A DNA stretch of 64,000 bases from Chlamydiales bacterium. Its GTDB lineage: Bacteria; Chlamydiota; Chlamydiia; Chlamydiales; JAAZZY01. A program made the position numbers and the translations under genes. The stretch covers positions 160,001-224,000 of the forward strand of contig CBDBKM010000010.1 in NCBI GenBank assembly GCA_965206695.1. Reading direction: 5' to 3'. Under the pieces are notes generated by a model, which had not been told where the DNA came from, did no database searches, and saw nothing but the letters and a program-made list of their open reading frames with translations. Shown here one piece after another: positions 52,987-64,000 of the stretch; positions within the stretch are counted from its first letter, which is position 1; each line of letters starts with the position of its first letter.

Positions 52987-54801
52987 ATGTCAATTCAAGA
53001 GAAGCTTCAAGCTTGGACTCCTAATGAAAGGCTGAAAAAATGGGTTATGGATCAGGTTGCTTTATGTCAACCTGATGATGTCCATCTATGTGATGGATCA
53101 TCTCGTGAATACAAAGAGTTATCCGAGGCATTAATTAAATCTGAAGTTTTTATTAAACTGAATGAAAATCTCCGTCCAAATAGTTTTTTATGCCGGTCTC
53201 ATCCTGATGACGTAGCTAGAATAGAAAATCGCACCTATATTTGTAGCGAAAAAGAATCTGATGCAGGACCGACTAATAATTGGGCTGATCCTCAAGAGAT
53301 GAAAAGTACTCTTGTTAAGCTTTTTACAGGATGTATGCAAGGCAGGACTATGTATGTTATTCCTTTTGTTATGGGACCTTTAAGGTCCTTGCATTCTCGT
53401 ATTGGAGTTCAAATAACTGACTCTGCTTATGTGGTATGTAATATGCATATCATGACTCGAATGGGTATATCTGCTTTAGAAGCCTTGGGTAATAATAATT
53501 TTATTCAATGCCACCACTCTGTTGGGAAACCATTGGATTCGGGTGAAAAAGATGATCGTTGGCCCTGTAATCCGGAAAACAAATATATTGTGCACTTTCC
53601 TGAAGACCGTAGTATTTGGTCTTTTGGTAGTGGTTATGGAGGTAATGCTTTATTAGGTAAAAAATGTTTTGCTTTAAGAATAGCATCGGTTTTGGCTAGA
53701 GATGAATCCTGGATGGCTGAACATATGTTAATTCTTGGTATTACCAACCCTGATGGAGAGAAAAAATATATTGCAGCAGCTTTTCCCTCTGCTTGTGGTA
53801 AAACGAATCTAGCTATGTTGAATGCTACTCTACCCGGATGGAAGATAGAATGTGTGGGAGATGATATTGCTTGGATGAGATTCGGAAAAGACGGTCGCTT
53901 ATATGCGATCAATGCGGAAGCGGGTTTTTTTGGCGTGGCTCCCGGAACATCGGATCAATCCAATCCAAATGCGATGGTTTCGATGTCTGAAAATTCAATT
54001 TTTACAAATGTAGCCTTAACTCCTGAAGGAGATATTTGGTGGGAGGGCATGACTAGCCAAATTCCTAAAAAACTGACCAACTGGCTTCAGCATGAATGGA
54101 CACCCGAATCAGATGAAAAAGCGGCTCATCCTAATGCTCGCTTTACGGTTCCTTCCTCACAGTGCCCTGTAATTGATCCCCGGTGGGAAGATCCGGGAGG
54201 AGTGCCTATTTCAGCGATTATTTTTGGTGGGCGTAGGTCTTCGGTTGTTCCTCTTGTTTATGAGTCATTGAATTGGCAACACGGCACTTTCCTGGGAACC
54301 ATAGTTTCATCTCAAACAACTGCAGCAGCAGCGGGAGAAATTGGAAAATTACGTCATGATCCTTTTGCTATGTTACCTTTTTGTGGTTACCATATGGGGG
54401 ATTATTTTGGTCATTGGTTAGATATGGGAACTAAAACGCAGCCGAATTTGTTGCCTAAAATATTCTATGTCAATTGGTTTAGATTAAATGAAGACGGGAA
54501 GTATTTATGGCCGGGTTTTGGAGAAAATAGTCGTGTATTGAAATGGATTTTTGAACGTTGTGCAGGCATGGAGCATGCACTTAAGACGCCGATAGGTTTT
54601 CTTCCTGATCCTGAGGCTTTTGATATTGAAGGTTTAGATCTATCACCGGCTACTCTTAAACAATTATTTGATATTGATACAAAAGCCTGGTTGAAAGAGG
54701 TAGAGGAATTAAAGGCGTACTTTAAATTATTCTCAGATAGGCTTCCTAAAGGCATTCAAGATGAGTTATTCTCATTAGAAGATCGACTAAATCAATCGTA
54801 A
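52987..54801 (+). CDS. pckG: GTP-dependent phosphoenolpyruvate carboxykinase
   Basis: [43 protein letters not shown]. Confidence 0.97.
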   Translation: MSIQEKLQAWTPNERLKKWVMDQVALCQPDDVHLCDGSSREYKELSEALIKSEVFIKLNENLRPNSFLCRSHPDDVARIENRTYICSEKESDAGPTNNWADPQEMKSTLVKLFTGCMQGRTMYVIPFVMGPLRSLHSRIGVQITDSAYVVCNMHIMTRMGISALEALGNNNFIQCHHSVGKPLDSGEKDDRWPCNPENKYIVHFPEDRSIWSFGSGYGGNALLGKKCFALRIASVLARDESWMAEHMLILGITNPDGEKKYIAAAFPSACGKTNLAMLNATLPGWKIECVGDDIAWMRFGKDGRLYAINAEAGFFGVAPGTSDQSNPNAMVSMSENSIFTNVALTPEGDIWWEGMTSQIPKKLTNWLQHEWTPESDEKAAHPNARFTVPSSQCPVIDPRWEDPGGVPISAIIFGGRRSSVVPLVYESLNWQHGTFLGTIVSSQTTAAAAGEIGKLRHDPFAMLPFCGYHMGDYFGHWLDMGTKTQPNLLPKIFYVNWFRLNEDGKYLWPGFGENSRVLKWIFERCAGMEHALKTPIGFLPDPEAFDIEGLDLSPATLKQLFDIDTKAWLKEVEELKAYFKLFSDRLPKGIQDELFSLEDRLNQS

Positions 54802-54805
54802 TGTA

Positions 54806-55576
54806 ATGATCAATTTCATGAAGAATGCAGATGATCACCGATTTTTAGCAGAGAGAACGGGTGTGATCGAGAGTCTTCATAAGATAGCCTCAAATAATCA
54901 TCATTTGTCTTATACCCCGGTGCCAAATCCCTATCTTAAAATCGCTATTGAACAAATTCTATCTTTGTCAAAAGAAACTTCTTTAGATGCTTCCAATCGA
55001 GGAGGTTGGCATTCAAGTCGGGATATATTAAAATATCTTCCCATTCAACAATTATGTTCTGTTTTGATAGAGACCATCAGTCAATATGCGTCTTATTTAG
55101 GTTTTATAACCGATCAGTTAACGCTTGCGGCTTGGGCGAATATAAATCGGGATGGCGATTATAATGTGGCGCATTGTCATGATGATGCTCTTTTTTGTGG
55201 CTGTTACTATCTACAGATAGATGAAGATAGTGAATTGCCCGGTGGTTCTATTACCTTTTATAAGAAGGCAAAAGCAGGTGTTTTGGCAACTATTAATCCT
55301 CAAGCACAAGGCCTATGTCTTTTTCCTAGTGATATGTTTCATAGTGTTGAACCTAGCCAAGGAAATAAAACCAGGATATCTTTAGCTTTCAATATTCATT
55401 TTGGAGATTTAGAGTATACATGGCTTGCCGTATCTCAAAAAAGGCCCGAAGCATGTAGATTGCTAGATCCGTATCATTTAGCTGACGTTAAAAAGAACTT
55501 TCCTTATTATGGGGATTCAAGTCATAATAAAATTATGATTATTCCATTTAATAAGCTTTTGAATGTTAAACCATAA
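54806..55576 (+). CDS. Putative 2OG-Fe(II) oxygenase
   Basis: GGWHS, WANIN..GDYN..HCH, GCYY, FPS...HSV, RISLAFN. Confidence 0.8.
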   Translation: MINFMKNADDHRFLAERTGVIESLHKIASNNHHLSYTPVPNPYLKIAIEQILSLSKETSLDASNRGGWHSSRDILKYLPIQQLCSVLIETISQYASYLGFITDQLTLAAWANINRDGDYNVAHCHDDALFCGCYYLQIDEDSELPGGSITFYKKAKAGVLATINPQAQGLCLFPSDMFHSVEPSQGNKTRISLAFNIHFGDLEYTWLAVSQKRPEACRLLDPYHLADVKKNFPYYGDSSHNKIMIIPFNKLLNVKP

Positions 55577-55661
55577 CACAAAGAATCATAAAATAATTTT
55601 CTATTTAACTTAATTAGTATTTAAACTATCCTATTTCCATTTATCAAGAGGAGTATTCATT

Positions 55662-56186
55662 ATGATTTGTACACGTTTAGTTTGTGCTGTTTTTTTAATC
55701 GGGGGTCTGCTCCCACTCTCAATTATTTCAGCCAAGTCAATAACCGGAGAAGTATATATGCAGAAAGAAGAAAGAACACTTTCTATTATTAAACCTGATG
55801 CTGTTAAAGAGAATCACATCGGAGCTATTGTTAAGCGATTTGAAGATAAGGGCCTTAAAATTGTTGCCTCTAAAATGATTCAACTTTCTGAAGACCAAGC
55901 CAAAGCATTCTACGCTGTGCATAAAGATCGTCCTTTTTATAACGACTTAGTGAAATTTATGACCTCCGGGCCTGTTGTTGTACAGGTATTAGAAGGCCCT
56001 GATGCTGTTATAAGAAATAGAGATATCATGGGAGCTACAAATCCAAAAGAAGCTGCTGCGGGCACAGTACGTGCTGATTTTGCCAACAGTATTGAAGCTA
56101 ATGCTGTTCATGGGTCAGATAGTTCGAAAAATGCAGCTATAGAAATAGCTTTCTTTTTCGATAAACATCATATTTACACACATTAA
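55662..56186 (+). CDS. ndk: Nucleoside-diphosphate kinase (alternative start at 55758)
   Basis: [38 protein letters not shown]. Confidence 0.96.
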   Translation: MICTRLVCAVFLIGGLLPLSIISAKSITGEVYMQKEERTLSIIKPDAVKENHIGAIVKRFEDKGLKIVASKMIQLSEDQAKAFYAVHKDRPFYNDLVKFMTSGPVVVQVLEGPDAVIRNRDIMGATNPKEAAAGTVRADFANSIEANAVHGSDSSKNAAIEIAFFFDKHHIYTH

Positions 56187-56196
56187 TCTCATTCCA

Positions 56197-56572
56197 ATGC
56201 TCCTCTTAATTGATAATTTTGATTCTTTCACTTATAATATTGTTCAGGCATTAGAATCGTTAGGGGAGCGCATTCGAGTCATTCGGAATGATCAATGCAA
56301 TATTCATCACTCATATTTTAAAGAAGCTAAAAAAATTGTAATAGGCCCCGGTCCGGGAGCTCCAAAAGATGCAGGAATTTCTAAAGCATGCATTGAATAT
56401 TATGCAGATAAAAAACCAATCTTAGGGATTTGTTTGGGGCATCAAAGCATGGCTGAAGTTTTCGGGTCTGATATCATAAAAGCTAAAAAGCCGATGCATG
56501 GAAAATGCAGCCAAATTCAGCATGCAAATCAAGGTGTTTTCAAAAGGTTGCCTCAAAATTTTTTAGCTACTC
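56197..56572 (+). pseudogene. TrpG/PabA-type glutamine amidotransferase truncated by IS1634
   Basis: IDNFDSFTYN, GPGPG, LGICLGHQ, HGK; breaks at NFLAT just before the expected RYHS motif. Confidence 0.9.
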
Positions 56573-58340
56573 CCGACATTCCTAGACCTCTAAACAAGTT
56601 TTTCTAATTAAGCCATACATCCTCATTGCAGTCTTTCCAAACAAAACAATAATCTTTTTCCGAAGACGGGTTAAATTTGTGATCATTTCTTTACAAATTC
56701 TCCGGGAAGTCTTCTGAAAAAAACGGATTATTCCGATACCTTCCATAATTTGGAAAATCCATCTTAATGTTGGATTTTTGACTTCCTTTCCTAATTGGTT
56801 GGGTAATGTCTCTTCTGTTTCTATCAATTTTTGTCGAAGTTGATATTGTCCGATATTATAAACCATTAAACACAATGTCATAACCATCATTAATGCTTCA
56901 ATGCGTCGAGGGGTTTTTAAAAAAATAGAATCAACCATAAACCAAGGATCTTTTAAAAAGCGAAACCCTCCTTCAACCTTTTGCTGTTCTTTATATTCTT
57001 CTAACATCATCTCATCTTTATAATTTTCTCTATCGGTGTCATTCGCAGCTAAAATAAACCGTCCTTTTCTATTCATCAGTTTATTAATTTCTTCTTCTTC
57101 CCTTTCAAAGCTAGCATGAATCTTGTATCCAACAACTTGTTTTTCCTCTCCTTGTTTAGGTTTGCCTAATTTACCATATTTTAGAATCGGCAATATCTCA
57201 CTATTCATGGAATATAAATGATTTTTTTTAGTCAATCTGCCCCAAGCTTTTTTAGCATCACTTTCGCATTTAAATTCCTCATTACCCAAATGCCAAAGTT
57301 GTTTCTTGAGCTTTTCTTCTGCCTTGGTCAATTTTTTTTCTAATGATTTTATCTCTCTCTGATAGGCTTGCTCTGAAAAAACCAAAAGCCATCTTTGTTT
57401 AATCCCTCCATAAAAAGAGGTGAAGCTGCATGTTTTATATCCTTTCTCCTGATCAATCCAATCAATTTCTTCTTCCGGTTTTTCTACTAATCTTTTTGCT
57501 TCTCCTATTATCTCGGGAACTCGGGTGAGCCATTTATAATCATTATTTTTTAAGAGCTTTTCTTTTGTGTATAACGCTGAATCGGCAACCCACTTCAACT
57601 TTGTTTTTACATCAATCTGTTGTTGAAATTCACTGATTTTTTTGAGCGTCTCATGAAAACTTGCTTTATCAGAACTATTGCCGTCTAAGGCTTCCATCCA
57701 TAGAGGCATAGAACTCGGACCATTGGTAACGAGAGAAAGTACAACTTGTTTCAAATCAGGTCTATGATCTTTAGAATAACCCTGCTTAATCTCAATCACT
57801 TGCGGATCATCTTTCACTTCATACGACCCATGAACGGAAAAGCTTGTTGTATCTAGATGATGCGTTTTTTGTAGTAAATCATGGTCTAGGGCTATTCCAA
57901 AAGAAACTTCAGCAAATAATTTACTGCTCCCATATTTCGCAATATCATCCAAAGCATGACCTAAAGTATAATCTGTGAGATCTTCTGCTCGAAGATCGTT
58001 GCCAAGTAAATTCTCTATCGATTTAGAAGCAAAAAATTGATGTGTTAGGTAGAGACGTCTATTAGTAAACCCTAATCCATTCAGAATCATTGCAATTACT
58101 GCCTGTCCCGCACTTACTTTTCTTTGTGGATGATTTTTTAATCCGGTATCAATCCTTTCCGCTACTTTTAGATCGCTGCAAAGTGCTGCAATTAATCCAT
58201 GGTGATCCATGTTCACTGTTTGAATATTATCTCCTGCAACTTCCGGCATAACTTTTCTCCTTGTATCAAATAAAAAGTAACAGGATAGGCAATCTATAAT
58301 TCTAATTCAAAAAAAATATCTTACGGTCTAGGAATGTCGG
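56573..58340 (-). mobile_element. IS1634-family element (transposase 58249-56582, 555 aa)
   Basis: Perfect 16-bp IR CCGACATTCCTAGACC; HLDTTS, GYSKDHRPDLKQ, VADSALY, VEGGFRFLK. Confidence 0.93.
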
Positions 58341-58489
58341 TAAGAAGATTGTTTATTAAAAACCCTTAATTCTTTTTCACTAAGATCTACAAATATATTA
58401 ATTAATCCTTTGTTATCATCATATTCAAATTGAACCAATCTACCGGCACTAAAAGCTATGTCATCGTCATTTACTTTTAAGAATTTCAT
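58341..58489 (-). pseudogene. 5' fragment of an unidentified gene truncated by IS1634
   Basis: GGAG RBS, ATG at 58489, open frame MKFLKVNDDDIAF...NNLL running into the IS end. Confidence 0.45.
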
Positions 58490-58518
58490 TACGTCTCCAA
58501 TTTATACGTTCCATTTTT

Positions 58519-58630
58519 TTGACAGCTCCCAACCCTAAAGGGAAGGGATTCCTAATTCATCGACCACTGCTAACAAACAAGCTAGTCTAACATGATCTCC
58601 AAAGGCTTAAATTACCGACTGCCCTGCGGT
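58519..58630 (-). ncRNA. Predicted TnpB omega-RNA (reRNA) scaffold
   Basis: Overlaps tnpB 3' end and right end: ACCGCAGGGCAGTCGGT...GCCTTTGGAG...GAATTAGGAATCCC...GGGAGCTGTCAA; conserved without ORF at 18326-18385/21201-21246. Confidence 0.7.
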
Positions 58631-59703
58631 ATCGATATTAATAGATGCATTAAGATCTCTATCGTGTGTTACTTTGCAGTTTGGACACTGCCAACTTCTC
58701 ACACTTAAATCTAAAATTTCTATTTGGTACCGGCAGGCAGAGCATAGTTTTGAACTAGCAAAAAATTGATCTAATTCCACTATATTTCTTCCGTACCATT
58801 CACACTTATACTTTAAAAATGTTAAAAACCGGCTCCATCCTGCATCCGATATATGCTTGGAAAGTTTTTTATTTTTTAACATCTTATTAATATTTAACCC
58901 TTCTATCGTGATCGTTTGGTTTTCACGAACCAACTTTGTAGAAAGTTTATGATGAAAGTCCTGCCTTATATTTTTTATCTTCGAATGTATCGAAGCCACC
59001 GATCTTCTTTTTTTGAGTCTGTTTTTACCTTTGACTTTAGCTTTGCTAAGAGAACGTTGTTTTCTTTTTAGTCTTTTCTTATGAAATCTAAAAGGTTTAG
59101 GTGCCGTAATCTTTTTCCCTGTAGAAAGAGTTGCGAATGTCGTTAATCCTAAATCTATACCGACAGAATTATTTCTCTTCTCAAAAGGGATCACTTCTTC
59201 TTCTACTATATAGGCTCACAAAATACCTGTCACAAGAGTCTTTTGTGATTGTTATACCTGTTGGTGTACCTAAAAAACACCTTGACCAATGTATTTTTAA
59301 TCTGTCTTTAGATTTTGCAATCTTAAGATTAACCCCATCCCAACTAAATGCTGACTTAGTTAATCGTATTGCCTGCGTACTGTGTTTGTTTTTAAAGCGA
59401 GGGAAATTTGACCTTTTTTTAAAAAAGTTTAAAAAAGCTCTATCAAGATCTCTAAGACTTTGTTGCAGACAAACAGAAGAAACTTCGTTTAACCAAAGAA
59501 ACTCTTTGTTTTGCTTAAGACTTGTCAAGAATGCCGATGTTTTAGAATAACTTACATTCTCTTTGTATTGCCTGATATTTCTTGATCTTAAAATTTAAAG
59601 CTTGATTATATACAACTCCGGAACATCCAAAGCTTTTTGTAAGCAACTCCTTTTGTTTTTTCGTTGGATAGAATCTGAATTTATATGCTTTTTTGATCAT
59701 CAT
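58607..59703 (-). pseudogene. tnpB: TnpB, frameshifted
   Basis: MIKKAYKFRFYPT start, QQSLRDLD..PRFK, VGIDLG, TIEGL, Zn finger, HDRDLNA spread over three frames. Confidence 0.92.
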
Positions 59704-59734
59704 GTATTGCATTATATGTCCGGTATATATATAT

Positions 59735-60136
59735 TGTCTATCCGGAAAGACGGAAAACCTCTAAAACAGCAGTTTTTAACCTTAGTTACCATGTTATTTG
59801 GTGTCCTAAATATAGGAGAAAGGTTCTTGAAGGTGATATTGTTGTTCGTTTAAAGGAATTATTAGAATTAAAAGCTCTACAACTAAATATAGAGATTCAC
59901 GAACTGAATATTATGCCTGATCACGTACATATTTTTTAAATACCAAGCCTATATATTCGCCACAATTTTTCATAGGACAACTTAAGGGATATACAAGCCG
60001 AATATTAAGGCAAGAATTTTCAAGCTTAAGATCCGGGTTACCCACACTGTGGACACGGTCTTATTATGTTGATAGTGTTGGAAAATTAAATGAATATACA
60101 ATCAGAAAGTATATACGGAATCAAAAAAACAAATAG
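59735..60136 (+). pseudogene. tnpA: IS200-type Y1 (HUH) transposase, frameshifted
   Basis: YHVIWCPKYRRKVL, MPDHVHI (frameshift), LKGYTSR, LWTRSYY, IRKYI.NQ. Confidence 0.9.
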
Positions 60137-60272
60137 ACACTTTCATCCCACCCTTAAAAAGGTGGGTTTTCTCGTTTAATTGTCATAACAAATTTTTCAT
60201 ATATTTAAATACTTATATGTATTAATATTTTTAACACAAAAATTAACACATATCAAAAAAAAAGGTAATTAC

Positions 60273-60578
60273 ATGATAAGCAATATAGCATCACACAATT
60301 TAACATATGCTAACCTTAATGAAAAAATAAACAAATTACCGGAACAAAAAAGCTCCGGCGGTATTTTTGCATTGTCGTCGCCGGTAGGATTTGGCCTTCT
60401 TGTAGCACTTGGATTAGCAACTACATGCTTTGTCGCAGTTAATGCGAATGCAGGCGCCGGGATAATTTCTAAAAGCATAGGCTCAACGATTAATAAAATG
60501 ATTTGTCTGGTCTCTTGTAGAATCTGGAATCCAAAGTCTTATCAAGCAGTATGTCCTGAGTTTTGCAATCGATTTTAA
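60273..60578 (+). CDS. Small hypothetical membrane protein
   Basis: 101 aa, central hydrophobic stretch, Cys-rich tail. Confidence 0.5.
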   Translation: MISNIASHNLTYANLNEKINKLPEQKSSGGIFALSSPVGFGLLVALGLATTCFVAVNANAGAGIISKSIGSTINKMICLVSCRIWNPKSYQAVCPEFCNRF

Positions 60579-60741
60579 ATATTCGGAAAAATAGCATTTA
60601 CTAATGCAGACTATTAATTTAACATGATTATTCCTCGGAGACGGCGGCTAACATTCGAAATCGTTGATTAACTCAACTACCCGCATCATGCGGGTTTTCT
60701 CATTGCGCTTTTCCTGTTTCAACACGTCCCTATCATTACCG

Positions 60742-61802
60742 CTAAGCGGCTACTTTCGGCTTGTTTGACGTTCCACAGGCACTACCTGCACTCCTTGCAG
60801 TGGCTAATATATTTCTCGCGGCATTGATATCTCTGTCATGCTCTTCACCACAACTTATACAACACCAACGTCGCACATTAAGACTCAACTCATTGAGTAC
60901 AAACCCACACCTCGAACACGTTTTACTCGTATTCCTTGGATTAGCAAGCATAAAATCTCTTTTATACCAATTAGATTTATACTCAAGTTGTCGGCGGAAC
61001 TCACTCCAAGACGCGTCCCCGATCGATCGACTTAACTTTTTGTTAGACATCATTCTACGCACAGAAAGGTCTTCTACTGCCACCGTTTGGTGCTTCTTAA
61101 CAATAGTCGTACTCAATTTGTGCAAAAAGTCTCGCCTCTTATCGGCTATTCGCGCATGAAGCTTTCCAAGCCTTTTACGTGCCTTTAATCTATTGTTAGA
61201 TCTCTTCTTTTTTTTAGAAAGAAATTTACTTTTCTTTTTCAGTTTCCTTAAGTTTTTTCTTAATATTTTAGGCGATTTTATTTTTTCACCTTCACTTGTT
61301 GCGATATAACAATGAAGACCAAGATCGATTCCAACAGCAGACATTGTATAGGGAATCTCTTTTTTGCATTTACAATCAACCTGTAAGGATACAAACCATC
61401 TATCTGCGGAATCTGTCGATACTGTTGCACTATTTGGAAATATAGGTACTTCTTGAGACCATATAACATTAATTTTTCCAAGTTTTGGAAGCTTTAATAT
61501 CGTTTTATCTTTAAAAATATTTTTACTTTGTCGTTTGTCAAGTGTATAGGTACAAGATCTTTTGAACCTTGGAAACTTTCCTTGTTTGCGAAAAAACCGT
61601 TGATATCCGGACTCCAAACTCTTTAAAGTATTACAATGAACCGTTCCCGTTGTCTTCCTTAAGAAGGGTTTTTCTTTTCTTCATAAAGCTTTGATCTATG
61701 TGCTAAAGACCCATTATAAACAAACTTAGAAGATCTAAATTCTTCTTTAAGTTGCCGCCTCTGCTTGAGTGTCGGATAAAATCTTAGTTTGACTGCTTTC
61801 AC
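60742..61802 (-). pseudogene. tnpB: TnpB with N-terminal deletion/frameshift; RuvC D-E-D intact
   Basis: VKAVKLRFYPT start at 61802, frame break near 61670, then FPRFK, VGIDLG, VEDL, C..C/C..C, HDRDINAARNI. Confidence 0.9.
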
Positions 61803-61827
61803 TGTAAACTCTTTATTTTAAGCAGCT

Positions 61828-61857
61828 AGTATATCAAACTAGCACCGCCACCGTCAA
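61828..61857 (-). promoter_or_regulatory. Putative sigma66 promoter of the tnpB element
   Basis: TTGACG-18 nt-TATACT, 25 nt upstream of the GTG start. Confidence 0.55.
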
Positions 61858-62041
61858 TAATTAATGCGCTTTTCGTTCCTCTGCTTCTCTTCGATACGCA
61901 ACCGTCACTCGCGGGTCGACTGCATCCGTGCAGTCTTCATTGAATCTGTCTAACATACATATATTCCCATTATATAAAAAATAAAATTATATTTGTATAA
62001 TTTAAATAATATGGGTATGAGTAAATTAAACGGATAATACG

Positions 62042-62168
62042 ATGGAGAAATTAAGTGGTTTGGATCTATTCAGTGGAATCGGAGGTATCGCATATGCCCT
62101 TAGATCCTTCGTTAAGCCAAAAGCGTACTGTGAAATTGATAAATACGCTCAAGGCGTTCTTCTATCTA
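62042..62168 (+). pseudogene. C5 DNA cytosine methyltransferase N-terminus, truncated by IS630
   Basis: LDLFSGIGG (motif I) and YCEIDKYAQ (motif II), then IS end at TA 62167-62168. Confidence 0.82.
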
Positions 62169-63009
62169 TACTCATCACGAATAAACCTCCGGATATTTTG
62201 TATTCGTATAGTGTAAATTATTTTGTATGAATTCATTTTTAACACTATCAGAAGAAAAGCATCTCAGACAGCAACATAAACGAGAAAAGAATGGTCGTAT
62301 ACGAGATCGTATCAAGGCTGTTCTATTGTCGAATAAAGGTTGGAGTAATACTCGTATTGCTGAAGCTGTGCTTTTAGACGATGAAACAGTGTCTCGTCAC
62401 ATTAAAGAATATCAAAATAAACAGCAATTGCATGTAGAAAGCGGTGGTTCAGTCAGTAAACTTCTTGCGCCACAGTCAGAAGAATTCATTAAACATTTAA
62501 CAACTCATACCTATGTCAAAGTAGAAGAGATCTGTTCTTATGTTCTCGCGAAATATGGCATTGTTTATACGATTTCAGGGATGACTTCTTGGCTACACTC
62601 ACATGGTTTTTCCTATAAAAAGCCTAAAGGTACACCGGCTAAGGCAAATTCTGATCAACAAAAAGCTTGGATGCAATTTTACACCAAGCTTATGGCATCT
62701 CTGCCTAAAAATGAGCCTGTTGAATTTGCTGATGGTGTACATCCAACTATGGCAACTAAAATTTCTTATGGTTGGATTCGACCGGGAACAGATAAATTGA
62801 TTGCAACAACAGCTTCTCGTACTCGAATGAATCTTATGGGGTCTATCAATTTAAACAGTATGAAGGTAACAATAGATGCTTATGAAACATTAAATAGCGG
62901 TACCACGGCAAAGCATTTTGCTTTGCTACGGTCAAAATACCCCTCAGCTCCAAATATCCATCTTATTTTAGATCAAGGCCCTTATAATACAAGTATTCAG
63001 ACCAAACAA
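62169..63009 (+). mobile_element. Second IS630-family type, truncated by IS1634
   Basis: Starts after TA; ORF from 62227 with HTH, FSYKKP, FADGVHP, ILDQGPY, cut before the PYSP motif. Confidence 0.85.
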
Positions 63010-64000
63010 CCGACATTCCTAGACCGTAAGATATTTTTTTTGAATTAGAATTATAGATTGCCTATCCTGTTACTTTTTATTTGATACAAGGAGAAAAGTT
63101 ATGCCGGAAGTTGCAGGAGATAATATTCAAACAGTGAACATGGATCACCATGGATTAATTGCAGCACTTTGCAGCGATCTAAAAGTAGCGGAAAGGATTG
63201 ATACCGGATTAAAAAATCATCCACAAAGAAAAGTAAGTGCGGGACAGGCAGTAATTGCAATGATTCTGAATGGATTAGGGTTTACTAATAGACGTCTCTA
63301 CCTAACACATCAATTTTTTGCTTCTAAATCGATAGAGAATTTACTTGGCAACGATCTTCGAGCAGAAGATCTCACAGATTATACTTTAGGTCATGCTTTG
63401 GATGATATTGCGAAATATGGGAGCAGTAAATTATTTGCTGAAGTTTCTTTTGGAATAGCCCTAGACCATGATTTACTACAAAAAACGCATCATCTAGATA
63501 CAACAAGCTTTTCCGTTCATGGGTCGTATGAAGTGAAAGATGATCCGCAAGTGATTGAGATTAAGCAGGGTTATTCTAAAGATCATAGACCTGATTTGAA
63601 ACAAGTTGTACTTTCTCTCGTTACCAATGGTCCGAGTTCTATGCCTCTATGGATGGAAGCCTTAGACGGCAATAGTTCTGATAAAGCAAGTTTTCATGAG
63701 ACGCTCAAAAAAATCAGTGAATTTCAACAACAGATTGATGTAAAAACAAAGTTGAAGTGGGTTGCCGATTCAGCGTTATACACAAAAGAAAAGCTCTTAA
63801 AAAATAATGATTATAAATGGCTCACCCGAGTTCCCGAGATAATAGGAGAAGCAAAAAGATTAGTAGAAAAACCGGAAGAAGAAATTGATTGGATTGATCA
63901 GGAGAAAGGATATAAAACATGCAGCTTCACCTCTTTTTATGGAGGGATTAAACAAAGATGGCTTTTGGTTTTTTCAGAGCAAGCCTATCAGAGAGAGATA
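63010..64000 (+). mobile_element. IS1634-family element copy 2 (partial; transposase from 63101)
   Basis: Begins CCGACATTCCTAGACC; reverse complement of 58340 going leftward, no differences seen by eye. Confidence 0.95.

Larger units (their letters stand above)
58519..60184 (-). mobile_element. IS200/IS605-family element with divergent tnpA/tnpB, both decayed
   Basis: Left end after TTAT with AAAA guide and CCCACC/GGTGGG hairpin; right end GAAT guide, hairpin and TCAA. Confidence 0.92.
60653..61939 (-). mobile_element. tnpB-only element with atypical hairpin ends (parent family of the ~297-bp elements)
   Basis: Left end TGAAGACTGCACGGATGCAGTC, promoter, tnpB, omega-RNA-like 3' region, CCCGCA-TGA-TGCGGG hairpin 27 nt from CGAAT end; no transposase gene. 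Confidence 0.82.

Noticed and set aside
60742..61617. TnpB as a nuclease-dead TldR-type regulator or Cas12f
   Set aside because: RuvC D, E and D residues are intact, the N-terminus is broken, and no CRISPR array was seen in the window

Overview
AT-rich chromosomal segment of a chlamydial (phylum Chlamydiota, environmental-lineage-like) bacterium. The assignment is inferred from an ATP/ADP translocase and from chlamydia-type gene orders: rho-coaE-polA-sppA, DUF2709-tsaE-engB-dnaQ, sdhCAB-tatD-tolQRAB-pal-LysM and clpX-clpP-tig/SNF2-mreB-pckA. The housekeeping blocks are interspersed with many intact, nested and decayed insertion sequences (IS630, IS5, IS982, IS30, IS701, IS1634, IS200/IS605). 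The most striking signal is RNA-guided-transposon debris. First, a tnpB-only element (60653-61939) has non-canonical ends: a left GACTGCA-CGGA-TGCAGTC hairpin after TGAA, and a right CA-YGA-TG hairpin 27 nt from a CGAAT end. Two ~297-bp protein-free derivatives of it keep both ends, a putative promoter and an omega-RNA-like scaffold, and sit directly upstream of clpP and an ArnT-like gene. Second, a canonical IS605 element (TTAT target) has its own omega-RNA-only miniature, now hidden under three nested IS insertions. Also notable: an mscS gene bracketed by inverted IS5-like ends with an ATT duplication, strong CCGG enrichment, a frameshifted pgk next to the ATP importer, a two-start Ndk with a signal-peptide-like extension, and a candidate cysteine-protease effector. 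All calls are by eye; no database searches were run.
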